NCBI GenBank assembly: GCA_051872415.1 | Contig: JBJEDW010000042.1 | Span: 1 to 47,310, forward strand | Length of the DNA: 47,310 nt | Direction: 5' to 3' | DNA from: Bacilli bacterium | GTDB taxonomy: Bacteria > Bacillota_I > Bacilli_A > RF39 > UBA660 | In this document: piece after piece, positions 37,101-45,300 of the stretch | Position numbering within the stretch: the stretch's first letter is position 1 | Layout: each line of letters opens with the position of its first letter | Notes under the pieces: model-generated | Told to the model about the DNA's origin: nothing | Databases searched by the model: none | The model's input: only the letters and a program-made list of their open reading frames with translations | Translations under genes and position numbers: made by a program

Positions 37101-38844
37101 TTTTATATGAATCAGTGACAATTACATAATGAGAAGTATAACTAGAATCAGCTTTAGTATCATTATAATTATCTGCATCATCAATCTTACCTGTTCTATT
37201 CAAATATTCTCTTTCCAAAAAATAACATATTTCTTTATATTCTTCATTATCAGTACCAAAAAATCTCATTTTTCTATCATTACTAAACAAATGAGGACAT
37301 ATTTTCAAAAAATCCCAGTCTGAACTATTTCTAGAATTAGTAAATACTACTAACTTTAAATCATCATAACTATGCAAAGAAGTAAGTTGTAAAATTAATT
37401 GTTTAATATAATTACTATTGTCAATTCTGTTGCCTACAAGTGCTAAAACATTATACTCCTTTAACGATAACGCAATAGGAACATTAATTAATTTTTTAGG
37501 TTCAGTACCAAGTTTATTAACAGCATCTTTAAGATTATCTTCAACCATTGAAAAATGTTCTTCAGGATACTTAATATCAATCTTCATATCTTGATTGCCA
37601 ATACCTAAATTTATCTTTAAAAAATCGTCGTCTTCTTTTCTTCTTTCCCACAATCTACTTTTTGTAGATAGTACTGTATTATAACACTCCAAAGTCGTAG
37701 GAAATGCACTTATCAAAATACTTTGTTGTCTTTGAACTTCATCTTGAATAGCCTTTCTTTTATCATCAATATACTTACTATATTTTTCTTGTCTTTCTTT
37801 TTCATTATTAATTTTCTTTTTTTTATCATATTTTCTCATTATAATCGGCCAAAGAAAAATACTAGCAAACATAGCAAAACAAATAACCATAGATGGCATA
37901 ATAGCGATCCAAGATTGATTACCACTTACTGCACTAGTAACAGCAGAATAACCCATTACTAAAGATGTTAAACTCATAGTAAGCATTGAACCTATTGCTA
38001 TAACAAGGGATTCTTGTTCAGTTTTTTCTTTTCCTGGAGGAGCATCAACCTTAAGTTCAAATGTTTCAATTACATTAACAAATCTAGGTTTCTTATGAAA
38101 ATAATCTTTAGGTGAATATAAATTCATCTCAATTTCGTTTTCATCTTGTTCATAAGGAAGATCAACTGGCTCTATATGAACAGCCTCAAGATTAGAAACA
38201 TAAGCCATATTACCAGGACTATTTATTGCTATAACATATGTGCCATCTAATAAAAAAATTAAAATTCTAAGCCCCATGATAAATATGTTATCACCATTTT
38301 GCAAATAACATTTACCATTTATCTTATTGTTATTTACATAGACTCCCCACTTATTTTCTCTAATTCCATATTTAGCATCTTGTGATTTAATAATGAACTT
38401 ATACCTATCGTTTCCTTCTTTTTCTAAACTACTAAGAGAAATTCTTGCATGCTTAAATGCAACAAAATCAGTTTTATAAACAACATCACAAGAATCATCA
38501 CTACCAATAGTAATACCTTGAGTAAGAGATTTTATTTTATAAAAACTAAAGGAAGTATCATTAACAGGAGCACAATACACAATCATATATTTATTATCTT
38601 GAATATCTTTTATAGCATAAAAATTATATTCTTGCATAATAATACCTGCAACTTTATGCTCATTAACAATACAAAAAACATCATCATTACTTATTAATCT
38701 CCAAACCCCTTCTTGGGCTTCAATATTTATAAGATTAGTTTCATTACCATCATTATCATAAGCAGTAAGCCAATAGTTTCCAGACACCTTATTAGGGAGT
38801 ATTAAATCTTTTATAATTCCATCCTTTAAAAGCGAAACCCTCAT
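34159..38844 (-). CDS. essC: type VII secretion system ATPase EssC/YukB (FtsK/SpoIIIE family)
   Basis: 1561 aa. An N-terminal FHA-like region of EssC type (LPNKVSGNYWL...EGVWRL), two TM helices, then three FtsK-like P-loop domains. Two have clear Walker A motifs (GMTGSGKSEF, GMTGSGKENL) and a Walker B motif (IICDEFAEL). Confidence 0.92.
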   Translation of the reverse strand: MRVSLLKDGIIKDLILPNKVSGNYWLTAYDNDGNETNLINIEAQEGVWRLISNDDVFCIVNEHKVAGIIMQEYNFYAIKDIQDNKYMIVYCAPVNDTSFSFYKIKSLTQGITIGSDDSCDVVYKTDFVAFKHARISLSSLEKEGNDRYKFIIKSQDAKYGIRENKWGVYVNNNKINGKCYLQNGDNIFIMGLRILIFLLDGTYVIAINSPGNMAYVSNLEAVHIEPVDLPYEQDENEIEMNLYSPKDYFHKKPRFVNVIETFELKVDAPPGKEKTEQESLVIAIGSMLTMSLTSLVMGYSAVTSAVSGNQSWIAIMPSMVICFAMFASIFLWPIIMRKYDKKKKINNEKERQEKYSKYIDDKRKAIQDEVQRQQSILISAFPTTLECYNTVLSTKSRLWERRKEDDDFLKINLGIGNQDMKIDIKYPEEHFSMVEDNLKDAVNKLGTEPKKLINVPIALSLKEYNVLALVGNRIDNSNYIKQLILQLTSLHSYDDLKLVVFTNSRNSSDWDFLKICPHLFSNDRKMRFFGTDNEEYKEICYFLEREYLNRTGKIDDADNYNDTKADSSYTSHYVIVTDSYKTIRNFEFIKKVLKSNDSKGFSFIVLNDKVSTLPSECQTFINIDGNKGVLFKSSNDKDNIDFVFDNNDYDYYECMKILANIPIEISTNKMEQLPDKVGFLQMYGVGKIEQLNVLNRWKKNNPELSLNAPVGYGEGGEKISLDLHEKYHGPHGLIAGMTGSGKSEFIITYVLSMAINYHPYEVQFILIDYKGGGLAGAFENMTTRVKLPHLIGTITNLDTNEIKRSLASIESELKRRQRAFNIAREESGESTIDIYKYQRMYRDGIIKEPVSHLFIICDEFAELKNQQSEFMDQLISIARIGRSLGVHLILATQKPSGVVDPQIWSNTRFRVCLRVQEKSDSAEVIKCPDAALLKKTGRFYFQVGFNEIFELGQAAWAGGKYIPSDKIRKELDSSINFINNIGYSVKVIDNKKKNDSNNPNVQGEELTNLVKYLFDTANAENIYCNPLWLPKLPGEILIDNLITKYGYQKQPFIINPIVGEYDVPSMQQQNLLTLPITEVGNTLIYGMTGSGKENLISTIIYSSMLYHTAFEVNYYIIDFGSETLKVFKNSPIVGDILISDDEEKIENLFKNIATLIEERKDLFADYNGDYLTYLRNSNDVIPAVIVIINNYESFCDTYSELEDKLIVLSRECSKYGIYFILTVTTPNGVRFKLKQNFSKQFVLGQSSEDDYITILGNVSSVYPSKMFGRGIFKTEETYEFQTASVAPKNVIGEVIKKKCTELSSVATAFARSVPVLPNIVSFEDIKEDFGQTNELIMGINKHTLYPVKYDYRRNRINLITSSDSTSFFSLIRPIILELLYLKDSVIFINADDYDFDQNCIKYIDYYNNNFDEIFEKIKTCVIDNYNLFVNNGYNKAVFDNMKNLTIVINGVDTFRSRLNPENIKEFSSVFEKIKYLDFITFIFLDSVDSVKKYELDTWFKSNANTKYGIWVGNGINEQFTLKITERTKDVREDIGDEFGFVVKKGKLELTKFISVFDIDEE

Positions 38845-38864
38845 TTTACCTCTCCTTTTTATTC

Positions 38865-39125
38865 TTAAATTAAAAACAACTCAGTTCCATTTCTTATAGT
38901 ACTATCTTTAACATATTTATTATTATCTAACACATTACCCGTATTTTTATCAATTAAACTAAAATTATTATTATCAATATTACCATCATTTCTCTCTTTA
39001 ATAGATGCTATTATTAAATGTTTAACATAACCTATTTTCTTATTAATAGGAATATATATTTGATATTCTTTTTCTATAAATGGGACTTTAACAATGATAA
39101 GTACTTTATTATTCATAATAACCAC
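38865..39125 (-). CDS. esaB: T7SS ubiquitin-like protein EsaB/YukD
   Basis: About 83-86 aa, directly upstream of essC. The C-terminus ...VKDSTIRNGTELFLI matches the EsaB/YukD ending pattern (x-D-x-x-I-x-[DN]-G-[DT]-x-L-x-L-[IL]). The track start is GTG; an ATG lies 3 codons in. Confidence 0.7.
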   Translation of the reverse strand: MVIMNNKVLIIVKVPFIEKEYQIYIPINKKIGYVKHLIIASIKERNDGNIDNNNFSLIDKNTGNVLDNNKYVKDSTIRNGTELFLI

Positions 39126-39415
39126 ACATTCCTTTCCCTTTATTCAAGAAAGATATAGTCATGAAATATATAATTATTTTTAGACTGTCACCTAATCTTA
39201 CTCTACTATATATACATAATTATATTAAAAAAAACTTATAAAGTAAACAAAAAGAAAAAAATTTTATAGTTTTAACTAGTAAACAAACACAGTTCAATAA
39301 TAACTATAAAATCTAACAAATAGAAAAGACAGATATAATTATACCTATCTTTTATATTTATTTAATCTTAACTGTAACAAAGTTTTTAAAGCATATCTAA
39401 AAATATATTCTAGAT

Positions 39416-39694
39416 TTATTTATTTGCTTTAGAAACTAATTCATTTAATTTACTCTTAAATACTTTTTCTTCATCATCATCATAACCCAAATAAAAAATC
39501 TCCACTATTTGATCATGATTAAATAAAAAAGTATCCTTCACTACCAATTGTCCTTCTGGATATAAACATCCACAATAATCAAACTCCTCTTTTGTTTCAG
39601 TGTTTACAGCACAAAAACCAGTAATCATTAATTTCTTTTCTGCTTTTTCTAATAATACTACTGTCCCAATTGGTAAATATTTCTCAGGTTTCAT
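39416..39694 (-). CDS. DUF4176-family protein (T7SS-associated)
   Basis: YLPIGTVVLL...KLMITGF...FDYCGCLYPEG...FLFNHDQIVEIFYLGYDDDEE follows the DUF4176 consensus as I remember it. Confidence 0.8.
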   Translation of the reverse strand: MKPEKYLPIGTVVLLEKAEKKLMITGFCAVNTETKEEFDYCGCLYPEGQLVVKDTFLFNHDQIVEIFYLGYDDDEEKVFKSKLNELVSKANK

Positions 39695-39708
39695 TAAAAC
39701 ACTCCTTT

Positions 39709-40173
39709 CTAAATTCCAATTAAACCTTTAATATTTCGATTCCCTTCTCTAATATCTTCTTCGAGTTTTTCAACTTTCTTACTATTAGAAAGCCACAATC
39801 TTTTATTATATTCGTAGCCCTCTTGAAAATTATTCTCTTTACATTTTTTCATGTTACTATGATGTTGTTTTACCGCTATTTTTAACTCTCTATAATCTTC
39901 AACATTTTTTTGATACTTACTCAAATATTTTGAAATTGTATTAATATTATCTAATTTTGGTTCAACATCACAAAAGTATATATAAAGGTCTCTAGTAGCA
40001 GCCACTAAATTATCCTTTGCTTTTCCTTCCAAAATAAGTGCCCTTGCATCCATAGACAAATCATTAACACTATCTGTCGAAAAACCCTTTCTAATATTTT
40101 TAGCACTTTCAGCGAGTTTCTCCGTATCAACATTAAGATATTCTTCTTTTATTTTCACAGCCATAAAACTCAC
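39709..40173 (-). CDS. alpha-helical T7SS-associated protein, LXG-domain-like with no toxin domain
   Basis: A 154-aa helical protein with ALILEGKAKDNLVAATRDLY (L-x-G-K-A, in the position of the LXG/WXG motif). 4-nt overlap with the upstream WXG-like gene. Confidence 0.4.
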   Translation of the reverse strand: MSFMAVKIKEEYLNVDTEKLAESAKNIRKGFSTDSVNDLSMDARALILEGKAKDNLVAATRDLYIYFCDVEPKLDNINTISKYLSKYQKNVEDYRELKIAVKQHHSNMKKCKENNFQEGYEYNKRLWLSNSKKVEKLEEDIREGNRNIKGLIGI

Positions 40174-40484
40174 CCCTTAATAAGTTTATTTTCAATACCA
40201 CTACTAACAGCACTTTCTGAAGTTTTATAATTTTCAGAACAAGAAGTAATATATAAAATAGCATTTTTTAATGCTTCTTCCATAGCATTGGAAGCTTTTA
40301 TAGTTTTGTCACATCTTTTAACAAAAGCATCAGCAGCCTCACCTTCCCAAATGCCACCACTTTTAATTTTTTTTACACTGGAATGAAAATTCTCTTTTGT
40401 TGCTTTTAATTCGTCTAAAAGTTTATAAAGCTCATTACAATAATTTTCTATTTGTTCATAATCAACATTTATTTTTTCTCCCAT
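40170..40484 (-). CDS. WXG100-superfamily protein
   Basis: 104 aa, helical, with a central WEGEAADAF. Confidence 0.6.
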   Translation of the reverse strand: MGEKINVDYEQIENYCNELYKLLDELKATKENFHSSVKKIKSGGIWEGEAADAFVKRCDKTIKASNAMEEALKNAILYITSCSENYKTSESAVSSGIENKLIKG

Positions 40485-40509
40485 AGCACACTCCTATTTA
40501 CTTTTTTTA

Positions 40510-40806
40510 TCATTTTCCAATCTTTCTTCTACCAAATGAATTATCTAAACTTTCGTATGGATTCTTTACGCTTTTCAGATACTCACCATGGTTTTCATAT
40601 CTTTTTGATAAACATTCTAAAGAAGGAACATAAACTTCTCTTAAAGCTCCAATGAAGCGTGTTGAGTCTTCTCCAACCCATGCTAAAGATAAACCATCAA
40701 GTATTGCAACAAAGCGCTTCGTAATTTCATCTACATCAGCACTACAATCGCACATATTTTTTCCTTCTTTAATAACTGCACTTTTAACAAGTTTAATTTT
40801 CGTCAT
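40510..40806 (-). CDS. WXG100-like small helical protein
   Basis: 98 aa from the ATG at 40806 (the track GTG at 40815 lies inside the RBS AGGTGA). It has a central WVGEDSTRF. Confidence 0.5.
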   Translation of the reverse strand: MTKIKLVKSAVIKEGKNMCDCSADVDEITKRFVAILDGLSLAWVGEDSTRFIGALREVYVPSLECLSKRYENHGEYLKSVKNPYESLDNSFGRRKIGK

Positions 40807-40888
40807 TATTATCACCTACTTTTTTCCTTAGAAATAACATTAGTAATTAATTTTAATGTTATTTCTAAGAAAACAATTTCGTTTTCTT

Positions 40889-41173
40889 TTACGACATTGC
40901 TGAAATAATATTTGTTTCAGCTTGATCATAATTAGAAGCAAATTGATTTAATCCATTACTACAATTAATAACTGCTTCATAAAAGTTTGGAAAATATGCA
41001 CTCAAACGATCAAATTCCTCTCTTGCATTATTAGCAGCAGTCCCAGACCATATATCTGCCTCTCCAACTTTTTCCATTAATACTTTTATATTACCTAAAT
41101 TCTCTTCCATTCTAGCTGAAGCTTCTTTTAATTCATTAGCAATTTCTCTCATTCTTTCAGCAGAGACTTCCAT
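40889..41173 (-). CDS. esxA: WXG100 family T7SS substrate (EsxA-like)
   Basis: 94 aa, helix-turn-helix, with a central IWSGTAANNAREEF. Confidence 0.8.
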   Translation of the reverse strand: MEVSAERMREIANELKEASARMEENLGNIKVLMEKVGEADIWSGTAANNAREEFDRLSAYFPNFYEAVINCSNGLNQFASNYDQAETNIISAMS

Positions 41174-41187
41174 ACATACACCTCCTA

Positions 41188-41481
41188 TTAACCTATATTT
41201 ATACTACTAGCATTATTATTTTCAGTTTCTTCTAGTACATTAGCAGCAGTCACAATGAAAGTACCAACACTCTCTAAAGTTTCAGCCAAATCATCCATAT
41301 ATGTTGTTTGTTCTATAACTGCTTGTCTATATTTTTCAGCAGCAGCACCCTTCCAAAACATAAGAGTACTTTCATTAGTAGATTTTATTTTTTGTAATAA
41401 TTGAGTAAAAGATTCTGTTTCAGCTTTTATTTGATTTCCAACATTTCTAGTTTCTTCAAAATTACTTGTTAACTTTTCCAT
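41188..41481 (-). CDS. WXG100 family T7SS substrate (EsxA/EsxB-like)
   Basis: 97 aa from the ATG at 41481, with AAGGAGGT 7 nt upstream. It has a central FWKGAAAEKYRQA. The longer track ORF (to 41520) would include the putative promoter. Confidence 0.8.
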   Translation of the reverse strand: MEKLTSNFEETRNVGNQIKAETESFTQLLQKIKSTNESTLMFWKGAAAEKYRQAVIEQTTYMDDLAETLESVGTFIVTAANVLEETENNNASSINIG

Positions 41482-41535
41482 ATCCTTACCTCCTTTCAAA
41501 CAATAACAAAGCATAATCATATTATACCTAACTTT

Positions 41536-41564
41536 AATATACTAAAGATCAATAATTAAATCAA
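41536..41564 (-). promoter_or_regulatory. candidate promoter of the esx gene string (TTGATT-17-TATATT)
   Basis: On the minus strand the -35 is at 41564..41559 and the -10 is at 41541..41536. A TATAAT at 41526..41521 is an alternative -10 without a good -35. Confidence 0.35.
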
Positions 41565-41605
41565 TATTTCATTATTAAATTGACATGAAATTTACAAAAC
41601 TATAC

Positions 41606-42292
41606 TTACTTTTTCTTAATTAAATTATCCATATAATCGTATTCACCTAGTTCATAGGAAGGAATTTTTTCATATTCAGCACTTTTCTTTCTAACAAAAA
41701 CAGTAGGATACTTATAAAACCCTTCAAACAATGGATTACTTTCATATTTTATAAAGTTAAAGTCTCCAGAGGGAGTAAGTAACATATTAAGTATTTGTAT
41801 CGATTCAGATTTGAAAAAATCAGCACAATCTTTAAAGGCTACAGCAACCTTTAAATCATTGAAAGAAAAACAATCACTACACTCACCATAACCATGAGAA
41901 TGCCCAACACATACATAAATACGTTCAAAAGGTCCTTTATCAAATAATCCATAATGAGCATATTCAGGTAAAGTATATTCAAAAACTTTACGCTCTAAAA
42001 CTCTTGTCATAGGATTAAAATCTGCTGAATCTGATCTTAAGTTTTTTGTATCATATGAAATTTGATTAAAATAAATAATACCATCACCCTTATCTTTACC
42101 ATAAAGAAGATAAGGTATTTCCATATCATTTGTGAGTGTCATATTTCTCAGTTCCAAAAGTTTATTATAGACTTCTTCACTTAATACAACACAATTATCA
42201 CAAGCAACATCCTTGATTTTTAAAGGATTAATCGGAGTAGAATGAGAATAATTTGTTGTTTCTAAAACTTCTTCAAAATAACCCTTGTTCAA
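41606..42292 (-). CDS. hypothetical protein, possible JAB/MPN-like metallopeptidase fold
   Basis: The order NDMEIPYLLYGK (Glu + LxG) ... VCVGHSHGYGECSDCFSFNDL (HxH-x9-S-x-x-D) resembles the JAMM motif arrangement. The TTG track start has no RBS. A strong AAGGGAGG lies at 42353..42361, followed in frame by ATT ATT (42344..42349). Confidence 0.4.
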   Translation of the reverse strand: MNKGYFEEVLETTNYSHSTPINPLKIKDVACDNCVVLSEEVYNKLLELRNMTLTNDMEIPYLLYGKDKGDGIIYFNQISYDTKNLRSDSADFNPMTRVLERKVFEYTLPEYAHYGLFDKGPFERIYVCVGHSHGYGECSDCFSFNDLKVAVAFKDCADFFKSESIQILNMLLTPSGDFNFIKYESNPLFEGFYKYPTVFVRKKSAEYEKIPSYELGEYDYMDNLIKKK

Positions 42293-42382
42293 AGAAGAAT
42301 CCGAAGTTAAAGCAGATACAGCTTTGATATGATTCTTATTTTTAATAATAAAACCTCCCTTTTCTTGATAAGCTAGTTCTGA

Positions 42383-45300
42383 TTAATCATCAGAACTAGC
42401 ATCATCTTCATTTTTTACTCTAAGTGCTGTAAATGGATTATGAAACTTTTTCTTCTTTTTCAGCATATCAGCATTTGAATTACTAGAAAAATCACCATAT
42501 TCTTCAAAATCGTTATCTTTATCATTACTTTTTGATTTTTTGATTACTCCAACAATTCCTGCCCCTGTAGCAATAGTAGCACCAACGCCAACTGAAGAAG
42601 GGTTCTCTTTTATAAATGATGTAACTTTAGAAATTGTAGATTCTTCTTTTTCTTCAGTACTTGAATTTTTTAAATTTCCAGAACCAGTATCAGAATCTTC
42701 ACCTTCTACATCATTATTATCTTCCATATAATCATTATAACTATTAGCATTTTCTGTTTCCTCTTCTGTTTCTAAATCATCAGTTGTGATTTCTGCTTCT
42801 TCTTCTGTTTGTAACTCATCATTAATAGAGTTTTCTGAATTACTTTCAAGATTTTCTATATTTTCTTTTTCTGTTTCAACAGACTCTGCAACATTATTGT
42901 TCGATTGCTCTAGTTTTTCTGAAGAAGAATCTGTATCCTCATTTACTCTAAATTTTTCAAAATCTACCTTTTCATTAGTTTGAGAATTAATTGAATCATT
43001 CTCACTCGAACTTACTGTATTGTTATCGGAGTTTAAACTATCATTTTTTGGTTTTGAATCAGTATTTGTTGAAACTTGATTATTGCTATTTTCGGTTTCT
43101 GTGGTTGAATTAGTTTTTTCAGATTCTAAACTTGTAGTATTGTTTTCTGAATCTAAAGTATCATTTTCTAATGTAGCTGTGTTATCATTTTCAGAATTTG
43201 AGTTAATATTTTCAGATGATGATAAATCACTATTTTCTGTGGTCGAACTACTACTTTCTAAATCAGTTTCATCACTTTCTATGTTTGAATTATCGTTTTC
43301 TGTACTAGAATCATTATTTTCTAATGAAATTGTGTTATCATTTTCAGAATTTGAAATAGTATCTTCAGATTCTAAACTTGTAGTATTATTTTCTTTAGAA
43401 GTATTATCTTCTGTCTTAGTTGTGTTTTCATCTTTAGAATTTGAATTAGTATTCTCAGATGATGACGAATTACCACTACTTGATGATGAACTAGTATTTC
43501 CCGAACTAGAATTATCATTATCTGGTGATGAACTATTATTGTCTGAACTGCCATTATCACTTTCTGTGTTTGAATTATTGTTTGAGCCCGAATCAGCACT
43601 ATCAACAGGTATTACTACTTGATCATCCTCTGAACCATCATATCTTATTGTGCTTTCACCCGCAGTATATGTAGCCATTCCAGTACCAACTTTAGCTTTG
43701 TGTTTTGCTTCATCTATTACTTCATCTACCTTATCAGACCATTTATTAATAGCTTCTTCAATATTTTCTTCATTTGTTTTATTTTCAACTTTTCCACCAG
43801 TTTCACCACCACTTGCCTTAGCAGCTTTTTGATCTATTTCACTAGTTTTTGGGAATTCAATTACATTATCAGGTTTATTTTGTAATGTTGCTAATTCTTC
43901 TTTTGAATTTGCAATTTCTTCTCTTAATTCATCACAATTGTTTTTAGCATCTTGTAACCATTTATTACTTTCTCCTATTTCTCTTTGCCATTTTTGTTTA
44001 GCTTCTGAAAGTTCTTGAGCATTCTGTTTTACTTTTTGTTCTGTTTCATAAATATTATCTAACATTTTTCTTTGATTTTTTAAATGTTCTACTTCTTCTT
44101 CTAAATCATTAACACTAAAAGGTTTATTAGTATTTACTTTGTTGTTATTCTTCTTGTCAAACATATCTTTTATGTTATTATCCATTCTAGTATATAAATC
44201 ATCCATAGTATAGTCGCTTCTCATATAATCTATACCTTCATCAAATTCGGCAGATCTACTACTTTTTAATTCCCTTAATCTTTCATTAGCACGATTCTCA
44301 TGAAATAAAGCAGTTTCAGGATCAATCTTGTTTGCCTCTAAATCTTGTCTAATAATATTTTTAAATTCTTCATAATTTGAAATAATAGTTTCTTGATTTG
44401 GAGTATAAACATAGTCGCCATCATAATTACGATGAACAATTCTATCCACAAAAACATCATTTAAAACTCTTTCTTTTTCACTTATTTGACTATCCATAGA
44501 TCTTTTACAATCTTCAAGATCTTTACCATCAATTCTAGCCATTAAATCATCATAATCTTGTTTATAAATAGCGTTTTCTGCTTCTTTTAATTCTATTTCC
44601 CTTCCACCATTTTCCCACAAATCTTTTAGTTTTGCTTCATGGTGAGAAACCATTTCAGAATTAAATTCTAGATTATTTTCAAGTTGAGAAATCTTCTCTT
44701 CTAAAGCGGTCACTTCTTCAGTTGTTCTATTTCTATTTTCAGCATTAAGTTTTTCGTCTAGTTCATCAAATCTATTATGTAATTCTTCTAAATCTATATC
44801 AGTATTTTCTTCAACTTGTTTATTATCAATAGTTGTATCACTTTCACCTTTTTTAAGTTCTTCTTGTACTTTTGCTTTATCTGTTTTTAAAGATTCTATT
44901 CTTTCTTCATGATATGTAGTTCTATCATTAAACCCTAAATCATCTTTTACTTCTTCTAACTTCTTATTAATTTCATTATCTACTTCATCAGAAAGTTTAT
45001 TCTTCGTTTGTTCTATATCTTTTAATTTACCATCTACATTCTCTACTTCTTTAGTTAAAGCATCTTTTTTATCTTGTAATGGTTTTTCAAGTTCATCTAA
45101 AAGCTTACGTTTATCTTCTACTTCTTTGCTAATTTCATCTCTAAATTGCTCCTCAAGTTCTCCTTTTTTCAAAGCTATTTCATTATTTACATCTTCAAGA
45201 TATTTTTGTTCAAGTTCTATTTTTTTATCTATGTCTTTTATTTCTTGTTCCAAAGCATCTGGATTCCATTCGTTGTCTCCTTTTTTAAGTTCTTCTTGTA

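Noticed and set aside
740-38697. Short plus-strand ORFs embedded in long minus-strand genes: 740..955, 1779..2033, 3145..3333, 8095..8364, 12567..12797, 14024..14338, 14607..14795, 16313..16498, 17312..17584, 20078..20266, 24264..24521, 27715..27915, 28116..28364, 29046..29240, 30116..30319, 31135..31332, 33710..33979, 34172..34573 and 36289..38697. Also the nested minus-strand ORFs 12721..12912, 43372..43605 and 46078..46299.
   Set aside because: All lie inside better-supported longer ORFs with recognisable domains. They have F/L/I/S-rich translations typical of antisense or off-frame reads of AT-rich coding DNA, and they lack RBSs.
41521-41526. Perfect TATAAT upstream of the first esx gene, considered as the -10.
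   Set aside because: The nearest TTGATC lies 20 nt upstream, which is poor spacing, and there is no TGn extension. The TTGATT-17-TATATT pair slightly further upstream fits better, but neither is verified.
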